Position numbers and translations under genes: made by a program | The notes under the pieces: generated by a model | Told to the model about the DNA's origin: nothing | The model's input: the letters and a program-made list of their open reading frames with translations, nothing else | Database searches by the model: none | In this document: in pieces, positions 25,256 to 36,233 of the stretch | Numbering within the stretch: the first letter of the stretch is position 1 | Layout: each line of letters begins with the position of its first letter | Assembly: GCA_965603825.1 (NCBI GenBank) | Contig: CBFDEM010000058.1 | Span: forward strand, 434,001 to 498,000 | Source of the DNA: Blepharisma stoltei ATCC 30299 | Taxonomy: Eukaryota > Protista > Ciliophora | DNA: 64,000 nt | Direction: 5' to 3'

Positions 25256-26050
25256 ATGACTTCTATCGAAGATGATTTATCAATTTTAGCGACCGAAGAG
25301 GATGATTCCCCTAATAGTTTCAAAGGGAAGCGCCGATCTAAAAGAGATCTTCAAGGTCGTACCTATAAATGCGGCTGCGAAAAAATGTATTTGAGTTATC
25401 CAGCTTTATATACTCATATCAAAACTAAGCATGATGGGATTACTCCGCCAGGGACAGAAACACCTAACTCTATAGGAAATAGAGGCAGAGGAAGGCCTCG
25501 CAAAATGCCGATTGAAAAAGAAGAGAAAAATGATATAAAAGAGAGTTTAGAGGAGAATCCTTTAGAAGATTTAGAAATTCTTGGCGGTCAAACAGACCCT
25601 ATAAATGGATTTGATGACCCCAACTCTGAACTGCTGAATAAGATAAAAGAATGAAAAAATAAACCAGCAGAAGAATTTTTTGATAAAGAAAACTTATCAT
25701 GTGACGATGCATTTGCGGCCTATCTTATAGAAATTTCTGAAAATATAGGAGAAGATACTTATAAAAATTTTATATTATTCTTTGAAAATTTAAGAATTTG
25801 CCTCAACCTTAGAGGATACCAACTTCACCTTGACGAAAACTCAGTTAAAATTTCTAATTACAGCAAAACTAAAGGCCCAGAAAAAATTCCAGGAATTTTC
25901 AATTACTATATCCAACAATACATGCCTCTAAACTTCCCATCTTTCAATAAAAGCATCGCCATAAAAATTTCCCTTCACTTTGACAAATGGCTTCTTAAAA
26001 ATAACTTGACTGACATGAAAATTCTTTTAACAGATGAAATAATTAACTAA
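25256..26050 (+). CDS. atypical C2H2 zinc finger + AT-hook protein, 264 aa
   Basis: YKCGCEKMYLSYPALYTHIKTKH and RGRGRPRK; reads through TGA 25652 to TAA 26048-26050. Confidence 0.8.
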
Positions 26051-26071
26051 TTTTCTTAAAAATAATAAAAA

Positions 26072-26515
26072 ATGCCCAGATCTTCATCATCTTCTTACAC
26101 ATCTTCATCAGGATCATGCTGCTCTTCTTCGTCACGATCCCCTTCACCTCGATCTAAAGTCCTCAGAGTTACAAATTTAACAGGAAATGTAAATAGAAAT
26201 CATCTCTATGAAATCTTTGAAAATTATGGAGAAGTTAAAACTGTGGAATTAGCTGAAAAAGAAGGGAAAGAAGGAAGATTAAAAAGAGGCTATGCTTATG
26301 TTGATATGGTAAGCGGAAAAGATGCTTTAGCGGCTAAGAAAGCTATGGATGGAGGATGAATTGATGGAAATGTAATTGGTGTTAGCATTGTAGATGAATA
26401 TAGAGGAAGAAGAAGGCCTAGATCAAGATATAATAGATATAAGAGGTCAAGGCCGCCAATAAATAGAAGAAAAAGAAGCAGATCTTGCTCGTGTTCGTCG
26501 TCTTCATCAAAATAA
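26072..26515 (+). CDS. RNPS1: Ser-rich RRM protein, RNPS1/SR45-like
   Basis: Ser-rich N-terminus; RRM (NLT.NV...HL.EIF..YG, RGYAYV, MDGG-W-IDG); Arg/Ser tail; TAA 26513-26515. Confidence 0.75.
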
Positions 26516-26518
26516 TTA

Positions 26519-27316
26519 TTAACTATTTAAAGAATCAATATCTCTCTGTTTAGCTTGGATTTTTGATAAGGTTTCAGCATAGGAATTAAGGATTTTCATT
26601 AAATTTGGATCAGATTCGTATCTGGCAAGTCTTGAAGAAAGAATTGATTTTAAATCAGATTGCTCGTCTAATGTTTTAATTAGTTCTTCTTTTATAATAT
26701 TTAAAGCTTCTAAAGTGGTTGGATTGTATAAATCATTTTCTAGAGACTGCTCTAAGCATTTTCTATTTAATATTTGTATATCTTGCTTTAATTCTAATTC
26801 ATTGCATTGCAAAGTATTTTGATTTCCATCGGCATAAAGTAGAGATATATCATGTAAATTTTCTGAAATTTCTTGTAAATTATCTATGTGAGTTTTTAAA
26901 CAATTTTCGGTTTTTGCTTGAATTTCGGATATTTTTTGCGGATATGAAGAATTTTCTGCTGAAATTCTTTGAATAAGGGTAAATGGGGATTTCGTTTGCA
27001 AAATCTTTTCAAGTCTCTCAAGTATTGACTGTAATGACATCTCTGTTTTTGGCAGGGTTTTATTTATATCATTTAATTGAGATTCATAAGACGACATATC
27101 AATATTTGCTTGCCAAAGTTCAGATGTATTTACCCCAAGAAATCGAAGATATGGTTCAATTTCATGCCATTCTAAATCATTTCTTCCTACTTCGTCTTTA
27201 TCAATTAAGCTAATATAACTTGACGATATACCTATACTTTTTAAATCAAAATTTCCCAAGCATTGCAATAATAATAGATTTTCATAGTCACTAATTGATA
27301 TTTTCCCGGTTTCCAT
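26519..27316 (-). CDS. coiled-coil protein, possibly augmin HAUS4-like
   Basis: 265-aa ORF; C-terminal 'LYNPTTLEALNIIKEEL...L..YE' resembles the HAUS4 tail (family call weak). Confidence 0.65.
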   Translation of the reverse strand: METGKISISDYENLLLLQCLGNFDLKSIGISSSYISLIDKDEVGRNDLEWHEIEPYLRFLGVNTSELWQANIDMSSYESQLNDINKTLPKTEMSLQSILERLEKILQTKSPFTLIQRISAENSSYPQKISEIQAKTENCLKTHIDNLQEISENLHDISLLYADGNQNTLQCNELELKQDIQILNRKCLEQSLENDLYNPTTLEALNIIKEELIKTLDEQSDLKSILSSRLARYESDPNLMKILNSYAETLSKIQAKQRDIDSLNS

Positions 27317-27330
27317 ATTATAAATTACAC

Positions 27331-29088
27331 TTAAAGTTTATTCATAAAACTCCTCATCCTCAACTCTGACATCTCTCTAGAATGCTCTGCATTTTTGAGA
27401 TCATCTTTAAGCTGCTTCACGTCTAGATAGCTTTTTCTTTTATGTGCTTCATATACATCTCTCAACTCTTTCAATTTTTTTTCATAGGTTTCTCTCATCA
27501 TTGAAAGCTCATTCCTCATGACATTTTCAAAGGTGTCTTCGTCTTCTCCTTCATGCATTCTGGTGAGTTCTTCTTGTAAGGTCTCATTCAAATGCTGATA
27601 AATTTTGATATCAGATTTTAATGAGTCTATTGAAGTGGTTAAATTTTCGATTTGATTTGTTTTCTCATATAGAAGCTCTTCTTTTTTCTCAAGTAAATTT
27701 TGATATTTTGATAATTCTAATGATAAATAATTTTCTGTATCTTTTTTGGCAGCTTGGATTTTGGATTCGTGCTGAAGCTTGTCGTTTTGAGATAATAATT
27801 GAGCAATATGGTCTTGATGAGTGCGATTTTCTTTTTGCAAGATATTTAACTGTTTTAGTGCAGAATCCCGCTCTGAGGTTAAATTATTGACACTCATCAT
27901 AATCAGATCTAGCTTGGATTTTAAAGTCTTATTTTCGGTTTTAGCATTTTCAAAAACTACGTGCTCTTCTAGATGCTCATTTTCATAGTCATCAAATTTT
28001 TTCTTTTGTTCTTGTAGCTCTTCAGTTATAGCTCGATTAGTTTTTAAGGATAATTCATTTTTCTCTTGCAATATACTGATTGAATTTTGCAAATTTGCTA
28101 TTATATTATCTTTCTCTGAAGCAATCACCACAATGGATTCATGATCTAACTTTTCTTTATGTAGAAGCTCAATATTTTGATTTTTCATTTTCAACTCAGA
28201 CCTAAGCTGTTCTATTTCTTGTTCATTTTTCTTTAAAATATTTTTGATTTTTGTTATCTCCTCTTCATATGATTTTACTTTTTTATTTATATCTTTCTGA
28301 GATTCTTCTGTAATTATTGATGCATCATCCAATTTTTCTGTCAAATTTTTCACAGCCTCAAAAATAAGTTTGAATTTGTCAATATTATTTATTGAAGCCT
28401 GAAACTCAACAGAAACCAGCCCAGCAATCTGGGTCAAATAATTATTGACAACACTATTTAATTTTTCATATCTCTCTTCTACATCCTTTCTTCCTTTGAT
28501 TTCTCCTTTTAATCTTTCATCATTTTTTTTTGCTTTCTCCTGCTCGATTTTCAGCATATCCATAGCTTGTGTAGCAATTTTGCTATTTGCTTCAATGTCT
28601 TCTTCAAATTTTTTTACTCTATTGAATTGGTTTTTTCACTTATTAGCGTCATTGATCACCCAATTGATCATATTTTTCATAGTCCCATTCTCTGTATGAT
28701 TTTCTGAATTTGTCTTAAAATAGTCACTCAGTATCTCAATGGCTTCTTTTTTCTCTTGATATAGTTTAAGATATTCCTCTTTTCAATTAGTAAAGTCTTC
28801 TACTTCAATTGAATCATTCATCCCACATTTTGATTTTGGCCTAGAGTTCTGCTGAATCGGAGCCAATTTTTTGGCTTGGCAGCTTCTACATTTGCAATTT
28901 TCCTGTGAGCCTTTGTTGTAAAGCTCAGTTGGGTTTGGCTTTGATAAGCTCCGTGATGGTGCTGGGAGATTTCTTGTTGATAACACTGGGGATTCGCTCA
29001 TAATTTTTAAATTCACTTCTTTTCTATTTGACCTGTCCTGAGGGAAATTATTAGAAATCATGGGGTTTCTTGGAGTTGAAGAATTCAT
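27331..29088 (-). CDS. long coiled-coil protein
   Basis: ATG 29088 (MNSSTPR); two TGA read-throughs join 28783-29184 to 27331-28563. Confidence 0.8.
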
Positions 29089-29128
29089 TTTGAAAATAAT
29101 AAAAAACTTGTCTGTTAATATAAAAGAA

Positions 29129-31372
29129 ATGTCTAGTGATACTAATAATAGAGAAAGGGCAATAAAATCATTAGAAAAAATCAAAAAAGAATGCTTAAAA
29201 AGTGCAAATGATTTAAAGAAAAAACTTGAAAATTGTGAGAGCGAAGCGGAAAAAGAAATAAGTAGTTTAGAAAAAAATTGTATAATGGCTATTGATTATG
29301 CAATGCATTTTATTGAAAAGTTACCTGAAAATAGTCGGGAAACACCAGAAAAAATTAAAAACTCTTATGAATCTCCAAGAAGTTTCAGCCCAAGTCAATT
29401 ATTAGAATCATTTAGACTAAAAACTGAAAATTCTCTATTAAATAACAAACTTAAACAAATCTCTCCTGCTAGAAAATCTCCAGCAAGAGCACCTGAAAGT
29501 CCAGCAGAAAATGAATTAATAGGGAGAATTAAAGAAGAAAACAAAGAATTAAAAGAAAAATGTGAGAGATATGAAAAAGAAATTAGTGAATTAGGCTATA
29601 AATTAGCTGAGGCTGACGAAGTTTATAAAGAGCAAGAAAATGCTGTAGAGAGGCTAATGCAAAATAGTTTTCAAGTCCGGGTTGAAAATTCTCAATTGAT
29701 TTTAGATAACAGGAAATTCAGGAATATAATAGAAGAATTAAGAATAAAAAACGAGTTTAGCAATAGTGAAAGCAGTAAAAAAACTTTGAGTGTAGTCTGT
29801 GAAAAGAGTATAGGAATTATTAGCAAAATGAAAAATAAAATAGCAAAAATTGAAAATTGTGGGAATATTATATGCTATCCTGTTATTAAGGCAAACAAAG
29901 CGAAATTTTCTTTTGGGAGTCTCGAAGAACTTGCGGATAGACATCATAATAGCAAAAATTTAGAAATTGAAACTCAAAGAGATATAAAAATCTATGGTAG
30001 AAGTGCAAAGAAGTTTCGACCCTACTTAGAGATTGATTTTTTATCGAGATTTAATATAAAGGCTAAGCCAAAAATTATGAGCGAAGATTCTATTAATGCT
30101 ATCTCTTTTCAAGTAAAGCCAAAATTGGCTCTGATAACTAAGAGCATACAAATATTTCCTATCAAAATGAAACTAAACAAACCTACAAATTATACGAGAT
30201 CTGATCTCAATCATATACACATTTTTCCTTTGAAAATCGAAGTGCTACAATTTTCTAGCCAGATATCCAGAGTAGAAACACAAAAATCTAACTGTTTAGT
30301 TATTGAAAAATTAATGCCAAGAATAAAAATCACCCCTCCAAAAAAGTGATATCAAAAAGAGCAAGCCACATTGACTCTTGACATAAAACTCAAAGAATCA
30401 TCAACCCATAGTTTGCCAATCTTTCCTACAATCCAAAAATTACATCAATATAGGCCAAATTTAAATATTTCAAAATCATCAATTTTTATACAGATTGCAA
30501 AGCAAAATTTAAGTGAATTTAGTAATAATGGTGCGATAATCCCATTAAAAGTAAAATCTTATCAATTGCAAAATCTCCCAGCATTATCTTTTAATAATGG
30601 CACAAAAAATAAAAATGTGCAGCTTGTTTTCGAAAATATCAATATTTTTCATACAGAAGAAGGAATTATTGAAGCTTGCAGGCCTAAAGACACGAGTGAT
30701 GAAGAAATAGAAATATCATCAACTTTAGCTTATATAAAACATCCTTTATCTATTACAACTTCTTTTTCATTTCAAGCTTTCCCTAAGCCGCTAAAACTTT
30801 TTGTGACAAATTTACCAAGAGTTTTCCTTAGAAAAACAAAGCCAAAATTTTCCTTTTCTCATGAGCGAGAGCTTACGCTATCCCCAATTCCTAAGTTGCC
30901 ATTAACTAAACATTTATTGCTCGTCACCTTAAATCATTTCGACGTCTGTCAAAAAGCTGAATTATTAGACATAAAATCCTTATATACCATGAACATTATT
31001 AAAGGAAAGCCAACCTTATCAATTTGCCAATTGAAGAAATTTAAATATGTTCCAATTAAATTGTTAAGTAGTGCTGGAGAAGAGGAATTTAAAACTGGAT
31101 CATCTAGTCCTGGTAGATCTCCAAGGAAGCAAAGGTCCGCAGCTAATAGAAAACCTGCAATTGAAGAATTTTTTGCTTTGGTAAAAATTATATAGACATT
31201 ACAATCTGTAATTATGAATATGAAAATTGATGAAAGCATAGGACCTCCAAAAGCAAACTCTGAAGAATTATTGAAAATTGCTCAAGAATCTAAAATCCCT
31301 TTTAATTTTTGGCATGATTGATTAACTGAAAGAATGAAAATTATTTATAAGCAAAGCAAAAAAAAGCGCTAA
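29129..31372 (+). CDS. coiled-coil/low-complexity protein with C-terminal 'EEFF...IPF..W..W' domain
   Basis: ATG 29129; TGA 30347; 15-nt intron 31181-31195; TAA 31370-31372. Confidence 0.75.
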
Positions 31373-31656
31373 TGTATATAGATGCAATAGTAAAATTAAA
31401 TTCATATTTATTCGTAAATATTATTTTTTAAAATACTTATAGTTATGGTGCATTTTTGATGAATATTTAAATTTCCTAGATAGCATTACTCATTCTGTCT
31501 TATAATTTATGTGCAAATCTATTTCATTTTTTTTTTAATTTCAAAAGCTATTATTATTCCATATTGTTTATTCTCATATTAAAAATATCCGATAATCTAA
31601 TCCTTATACTTATAAGAGCCTTAAAACTAATATATGATGTTTAATCTACAAACAAT

Positions 31657-32442
31657 ATGGGGAGCAGTCCCACCAATCATTCAAAGCCTTCAAACGGCAA
31701 TGAAGTCAAAGAAGAAGTGTTAAAATCACAAAGAAAAAAATCCTCAATCATAGGAGTCTTAGGAACAAAGCTCATCCAGAAAAATGAAACAAAACATCAA
31801 AGCCAAGATAACCCTTTTAAATTTTCAAGATCTCAGACTCAAAATAATTTGGACTCTGAGGCTTTCCACAGATCTAAAACGAAGATTGAGACAGAAACAG
31901 GAGGAATCTGTCCCAAATGCTTGACAAAATTTCCATGCATACACACTAGCTTCGAAAATTTTAAAAATGCTCTACATTCACTAAGTCCACAGCCAGCTGA
32001 AGAGTCGCCAAAATATTCATATAGACGCTCCTATACAAATAAAGCAGTTTTCAAAGAGCCAATGTGTATAACACTAGAACAATACAATGCCAATTTAACC
32101 AAATCGAAAACTATGCTAAAACTTCCTGAAATTGCATCTCCAAGATTGAGAAATCAGAAGGGAAATATTTATGAAAAAATTGAAGATGAAATAAAAAGAA
32201 ATAAAAGATATGATCATATAAAAGACAAAAAGGAAAAAGACTATGAAAAAATCCTCGAAGAAATTGTTGTTGAGGAAAATTTTAGAAAAGATACAATCAA
32301 GAGGCTGGAAACCATGAATTTTAATTCAGAGAAAAAATTAAAGGTTTTAGAAGGAAAAATCGCCAGGAATAATGATCGCTTGAGAAGTAATGTGAAAGGA
32401 AATGGTGGAAGGTATAATGGAGGTATGTGGGCACTTATTTAA
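31657..32442 (+). CDS. hypothetical protein, possible N-myristoylation (MGSS) and small CxxC..C.H motif
   Basis: 261-aa ORF flanked by AT-rich DNA. Confidence 0.7.
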   Translation: MGSSPTNHSKPSNGNEVKEEVLKSQRKKSSIIGVLGTKLIQKNETKHQSQDNPFKFSRSQTQNNLDSEAFHRSKTKIETETGGICPKCLTKFPCIHTSFENFKNALHSLSPQPAEESPKYSYRRSYTNKAVFKEPMCITLEQYNANLTKSKTMLKLPEIASPRLRNQKGNIYEKIEDEIKRNKRYDHIKDKKEKDYEKILEEIVVEENFRKDTIKRLETMNFNSEKKLKVLEGKIARNNDRLRSNVKGNGGRYNGGMWALI

Positions 32443-32780
32443 AATTAATTAATTAATTAAAATTATAAATTTTTTATTGAATCTCCTATTACATAGCTTT
32501 AATAAATAAAATCTATTACTAATAAACCTTTGCCTTTTTGAAGCTTATAATATAAAATGTATAGAATATTTCAAAAAAATAATTAAAATAGTTTCTTTAA
32601 AATAAATCATATATGGTTTTATTTTTTGATAATTTTTTTAAATTTCAAACATGATGCTTTAGCTGTTTATTTTTAATAATAATTATCTTTATTACTTATA
32701 TCAATTGAGTCACATATTTCTTTCATATCTAATATTTCCACTCGTTATATGGAGAAACATTAAGTAAATTATCATAAAAA

Positions 32781-33923
32781 ATGGGATGCTGTTTTAGTTG
32801 CCTCAAAAGTGATTCGAAAGATCCAGCAAAAGCTCCTCTAGTAACCATTGATGGTAAAAAAGCAGAAGAAATGGATTCTGCAATTACAGATGCAGCTCCA
32901 TCTCCATCGCATCCTATTTGTCTAGACGATTTTCAAATAGAAAGAGTTTTAGGCAAAGGCGCATTCGGAAAAGTGTTTTTAGTCACGAAAAAAGACACAG
33001 GGAAGCTTTATGCGATGAAATGCTTGAAAAAAGAAATGATTGAGCAGAGAAATCAAAGGGTTCACACCAAAACTGAAAGAGAAATTTTAGGCGATGCGGA
33101 CAGTCCATTTATAGTTCAGCTTCATTTTGCTTTCCAGACGCCTGAAAGATTGTATATGGTTCTGGATTTTATTAACGGTGGCGAATTATTCTTCCATCTA
33201 AGAAGATCAACAAGGTTCACAGAGCAACGAAGTAGATTTTATTCCGCTGAAATTTTGCTAGCCCTGGACTATTTACATGCTCATGGAGTTATTTACAGAG
33301 ATTTGAAACCTGAAAATATTTTGCTTGATTCTGAAGGACATATAAAATTGACAGATTTTGGGCTTAGTAAACAGTTTTTTGGAAATGAAAGCGAAAATAA
33401 AGCTTTTTCATTCTGTGGGACACCTGAATATTTGGCTCCAGAAATTTTGAAAGGAACAGGCCACGATCAAGCTGTTGATTTTTGGAGTTTAGGAGCTTTA
33501 TTATATGAAATGCTAGCTGGAGCTCCACCTTTTTATTCAAAAAATCGAGATCAGATGTTCAGAAATATGTTAACAAAACCAGTTGATATGAAGCCTCATT
33601 TTTCAGCTCAAGCAGTCGATTTATTGAAAAATTTGCTGCAAGTTGATGTAATTTTTATTTAGCCAAGAAAACGACTATCTTCAACCTCTGAAATTCAAGC
33701 TCATCCATTTTTTGAAGGAATGGACTGGGACAAGCTTAGTAAAAAAGAAATCGAGCCTCCATTCAAGCCAAAAGTGACAGGACCTCGAGATTTAAGAAAT
33801 TTCGATAGGATGTTTACAGATGAAACACCAGAAGAAAGCTTGATTACCACTAACTTAGATTCACAGCAAAAAGCAGCTCATAAGTGGGAAGGGTTCACTT
33901 ATCATGATCCTGCACACTTATAG
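32781..33923 (+). CDS. AGC-family Ser/Thr kinase (S6K/SGK/Akt-like) with MGCC dual-acylation motif
   Basis: GKGAFG, YRDLKPEN, DFG and SFCGTPEY motifs; intron 33648-33662; AGC tail PPFKP..NFD..F and hydrophobic motif WEGFTY. Confidence 0.93.
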
Positions 33924-33995
33924 GAAACCACAATAATTTATATAATTGGATATTTGTTGATAAAGTATAGATAATAAATATAAAATTATAGAAGG

Positions 33996-34343
33996 ATGGG
34001 AATCAAAGACAAACATCAGAAAATTTATGCAGAAGCCAAACCTAAGGGAAGCTTCAGAGAGCAAATAAATGATGAACTAAATGGGAGATATAAAACTGAG
34101 CTATGCAAGAATTGGATAGAAGGGAAATGCAACTTTGGAGAATTTTGCAATTTCGCTCACGGGGAATGTGAACTTACAACAGTTAATAAAAGCGTTTGTA
34201 AGCAATTTCAGAATTATGGATATTGCTTAAAAGGAAGCAATTGCTTATATATCCATATAGAAAGAGTTAAGGGAGAGTATGAGATGATAAATGATATAAA
34301 TCGAAGAAGGGCATTAATTTTCAATTCGATCAATTGGGAATAG
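33996..34343 (+). CDS. tandem CCCH zinc-finger protein (TIS11/ZFP36-like)
   Basis: RYKTELC-x7-C-x5-C-x3-H followed by a second CCCH finger. Confidence 0.85.
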   Translation: MGIKDKHQKIYAEAKPKGSFREQINDELNGRYKTELCKNWIEGKCNFGEFCNFAHGECELTTVNKSVCKQFQNYGYCLKGSNCLYIHIERVKGEYEMINDINRRRALIFNSINWE

Positions 34344-34707
34344 GATCATTTAATCAAGTGAGTAACAATTAATAAGAAATGATAATATTTATTTAAACAT
34401 CAAAAAAATCTTTCAATTAGAATCACCTTATCTTTTCATTTTCGTAGAATCTTGGCAAATAGGCAAATATATGTAGAAATCAATAAAATTTATAACTAAT
34501 TTCATAGTTTAAATAATTTAATAAGAAATATGAAGGAGTTGGCCACACAGAAAATAAAAATTGCAAGATAATTAAATATCAATTTAAAAATCAAATTTTT
34601 TTATAATAGTTTGTAATTGGAAAAAGCTTATTTAGTATCACCATATCTTTAAAAACTCTAAATATTCCTTTTTTAAATATTTTTTAACGTTAAATATTTA
34701 TAAAAAT

Positions 34708-35031
34708 ATGGCTTTCAAATTGTTTGTCTTAACGTTGTGTTTAACAGCACTGATTAGTTATGCTTATCAAGACTTCAAATCATCTGAACTTAAATTTTTG
34801 AACCAAATAAACGACATGCCAAGCTTTTTAGAGACAGAAGGAGATAAAAAAACTCTCCCAGGGCATACTCATGAAAATGCAATTAATTATTTTAGGGAAC
34901 AAATTGAAGTTGCTAAAAGAGATGGAACAGCTGAGTTAGATGATGGAATGATGTATACAGTCGAAGAACTTGAAGCAAAAATAAAACATATTGAAGATGC
35001 TGTAGCAAATGGAGAAGAGCTTGACTGGTAA
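34708..35031 (+). CDS. small acidic secreted protein, 107 aa
   Basis: Signal peptide MAFKLFVLTLCLTALISYA; 'SFLE' motif; clean ORF in AT-rich context. Confidence 0.75.
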   Translation: MAFKLFVLTLCLTALISYAYQDFKSSELKFLNQINDMPSFLETEGDKKTLPGHTHENAINYFREQIEVAKRDGTAELDDGMMYTVEELEAKIKHIEDAVANGEELDW

Positions 35032-35431
35032 GAATAAATTAAGATTTTCATAATATTTTGTTATTGCCTAGCTCCTTTAATGCTGGAGCTTTTATTTTAG
35101 TTATGTTTATTTTAATAGATAGAGAAATATCTATCAATTTTGAGCTATGGGAACTGGCTTGCTATATTTATTTTGCTTTAAGGTTTATCATACAGGTATT
35201 TCGCTAACAATTTTTTTCGGTTAACCAATTTAGTTTGCAAATTATGCTGCAATAGTGAAAAGCTTATCATTTTTATGAGTCGTTGCTTTAAAATTTCACA
35301 TTTTTTAAAAGATAGATGCCACTTATACTTCAGAGTGGTTTAGTTTTAAATAAAATTAAATACTATTTTATTAAATAAAGTTGGCTATCAATTTATTCTA
35401 ATTATATAGTTCAAACATATAATTGAAAAGG

Positions 35432-35760
35432 CTTTGATGTTGCTTTCATAGTGTTGCAAATGATGAAATGGCTGGACACTTTAAATTTTAAAGCTAAAAA
35501 AGAGTTAAAATATATATGATGCTTATTTGATTTAAGCACTTCCTGCAATTTAGACTTCAAAAATTATATTTTACTACTCCACTATTTTTTACATATTTTT
35601 GAAGTTACTTTCATAGCGTTCTAAATGATGAAATTGGCTTGACAATTTGCATTTCAAAGCTCTTAATTTAACATTATTTATTATTTTTTGGTTTTAGCAC
35701 TTCCTGCAATTTAGACTTCAAAAATTGCATTTTACCAATGCCGCCATTTTACGATATTTG
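35432..35760. repeat. diverged two-copy tandem repeat (unit about 165 bp) in intergenic DNA
   Basis: Shared blocks ctttcatag.gtt...aaatgatgaaat.ggct.gaca and an identical agcacttcctgcaatttagacttcaaaaatt. Confidence 0.8.
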
Positions 35761-36233
35761 ATTTGCTGCTACTGCGCTAGTTTCTTTCTTTTGAGAGAGT
35801 TATTACATAAATGATTTGATAAAGCGAATTAGATCATTTTTGGGCTCACAATTTATTTCTCGTGACGAAGTTAGATCGAGATTGGTCTAATATTTCATGA
35901 TAAATTTCAATATCAAGCTTCATTTACGCTCTCTTTTAAGCTATCTCATAATAGCTCAAATCAAAGTTTTGTCATCATAGCCATAGTTTGAATCTCTTTT
36001 ATAATTTCTCAGAATATTTATTAGAATGGGGCTAATTTGTGCTAATTAGGATCCTTTAAAAGTAATTATTTAAAGATTTTGCCGATTTGCGTTTGATTTC
36101 TCCTTTCTTTATAATCAAATCATGAATTTATCATCCTTTTATTAAAAAAAGGAGATTTAGTATAATAATCATAAACTGAGCATAATAATTTAAAATTCAT
36201 AGAAATAAGCCTATTAAATCGCAACAAATTATT

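Noticed and set aside
35455-35760. C/D box snoRNA pair or CRISPR-like array
   Set aside because: No matching D box (CTGA) in the units, only two copies, and a eukaryotic context.
35860-35903. SECIS-like hairpin (GTGAC...TGAT)
   Set aside because: No apical AA, about 830 bp from the nearest same-strand gene, and that gene has no in-frame TGA.
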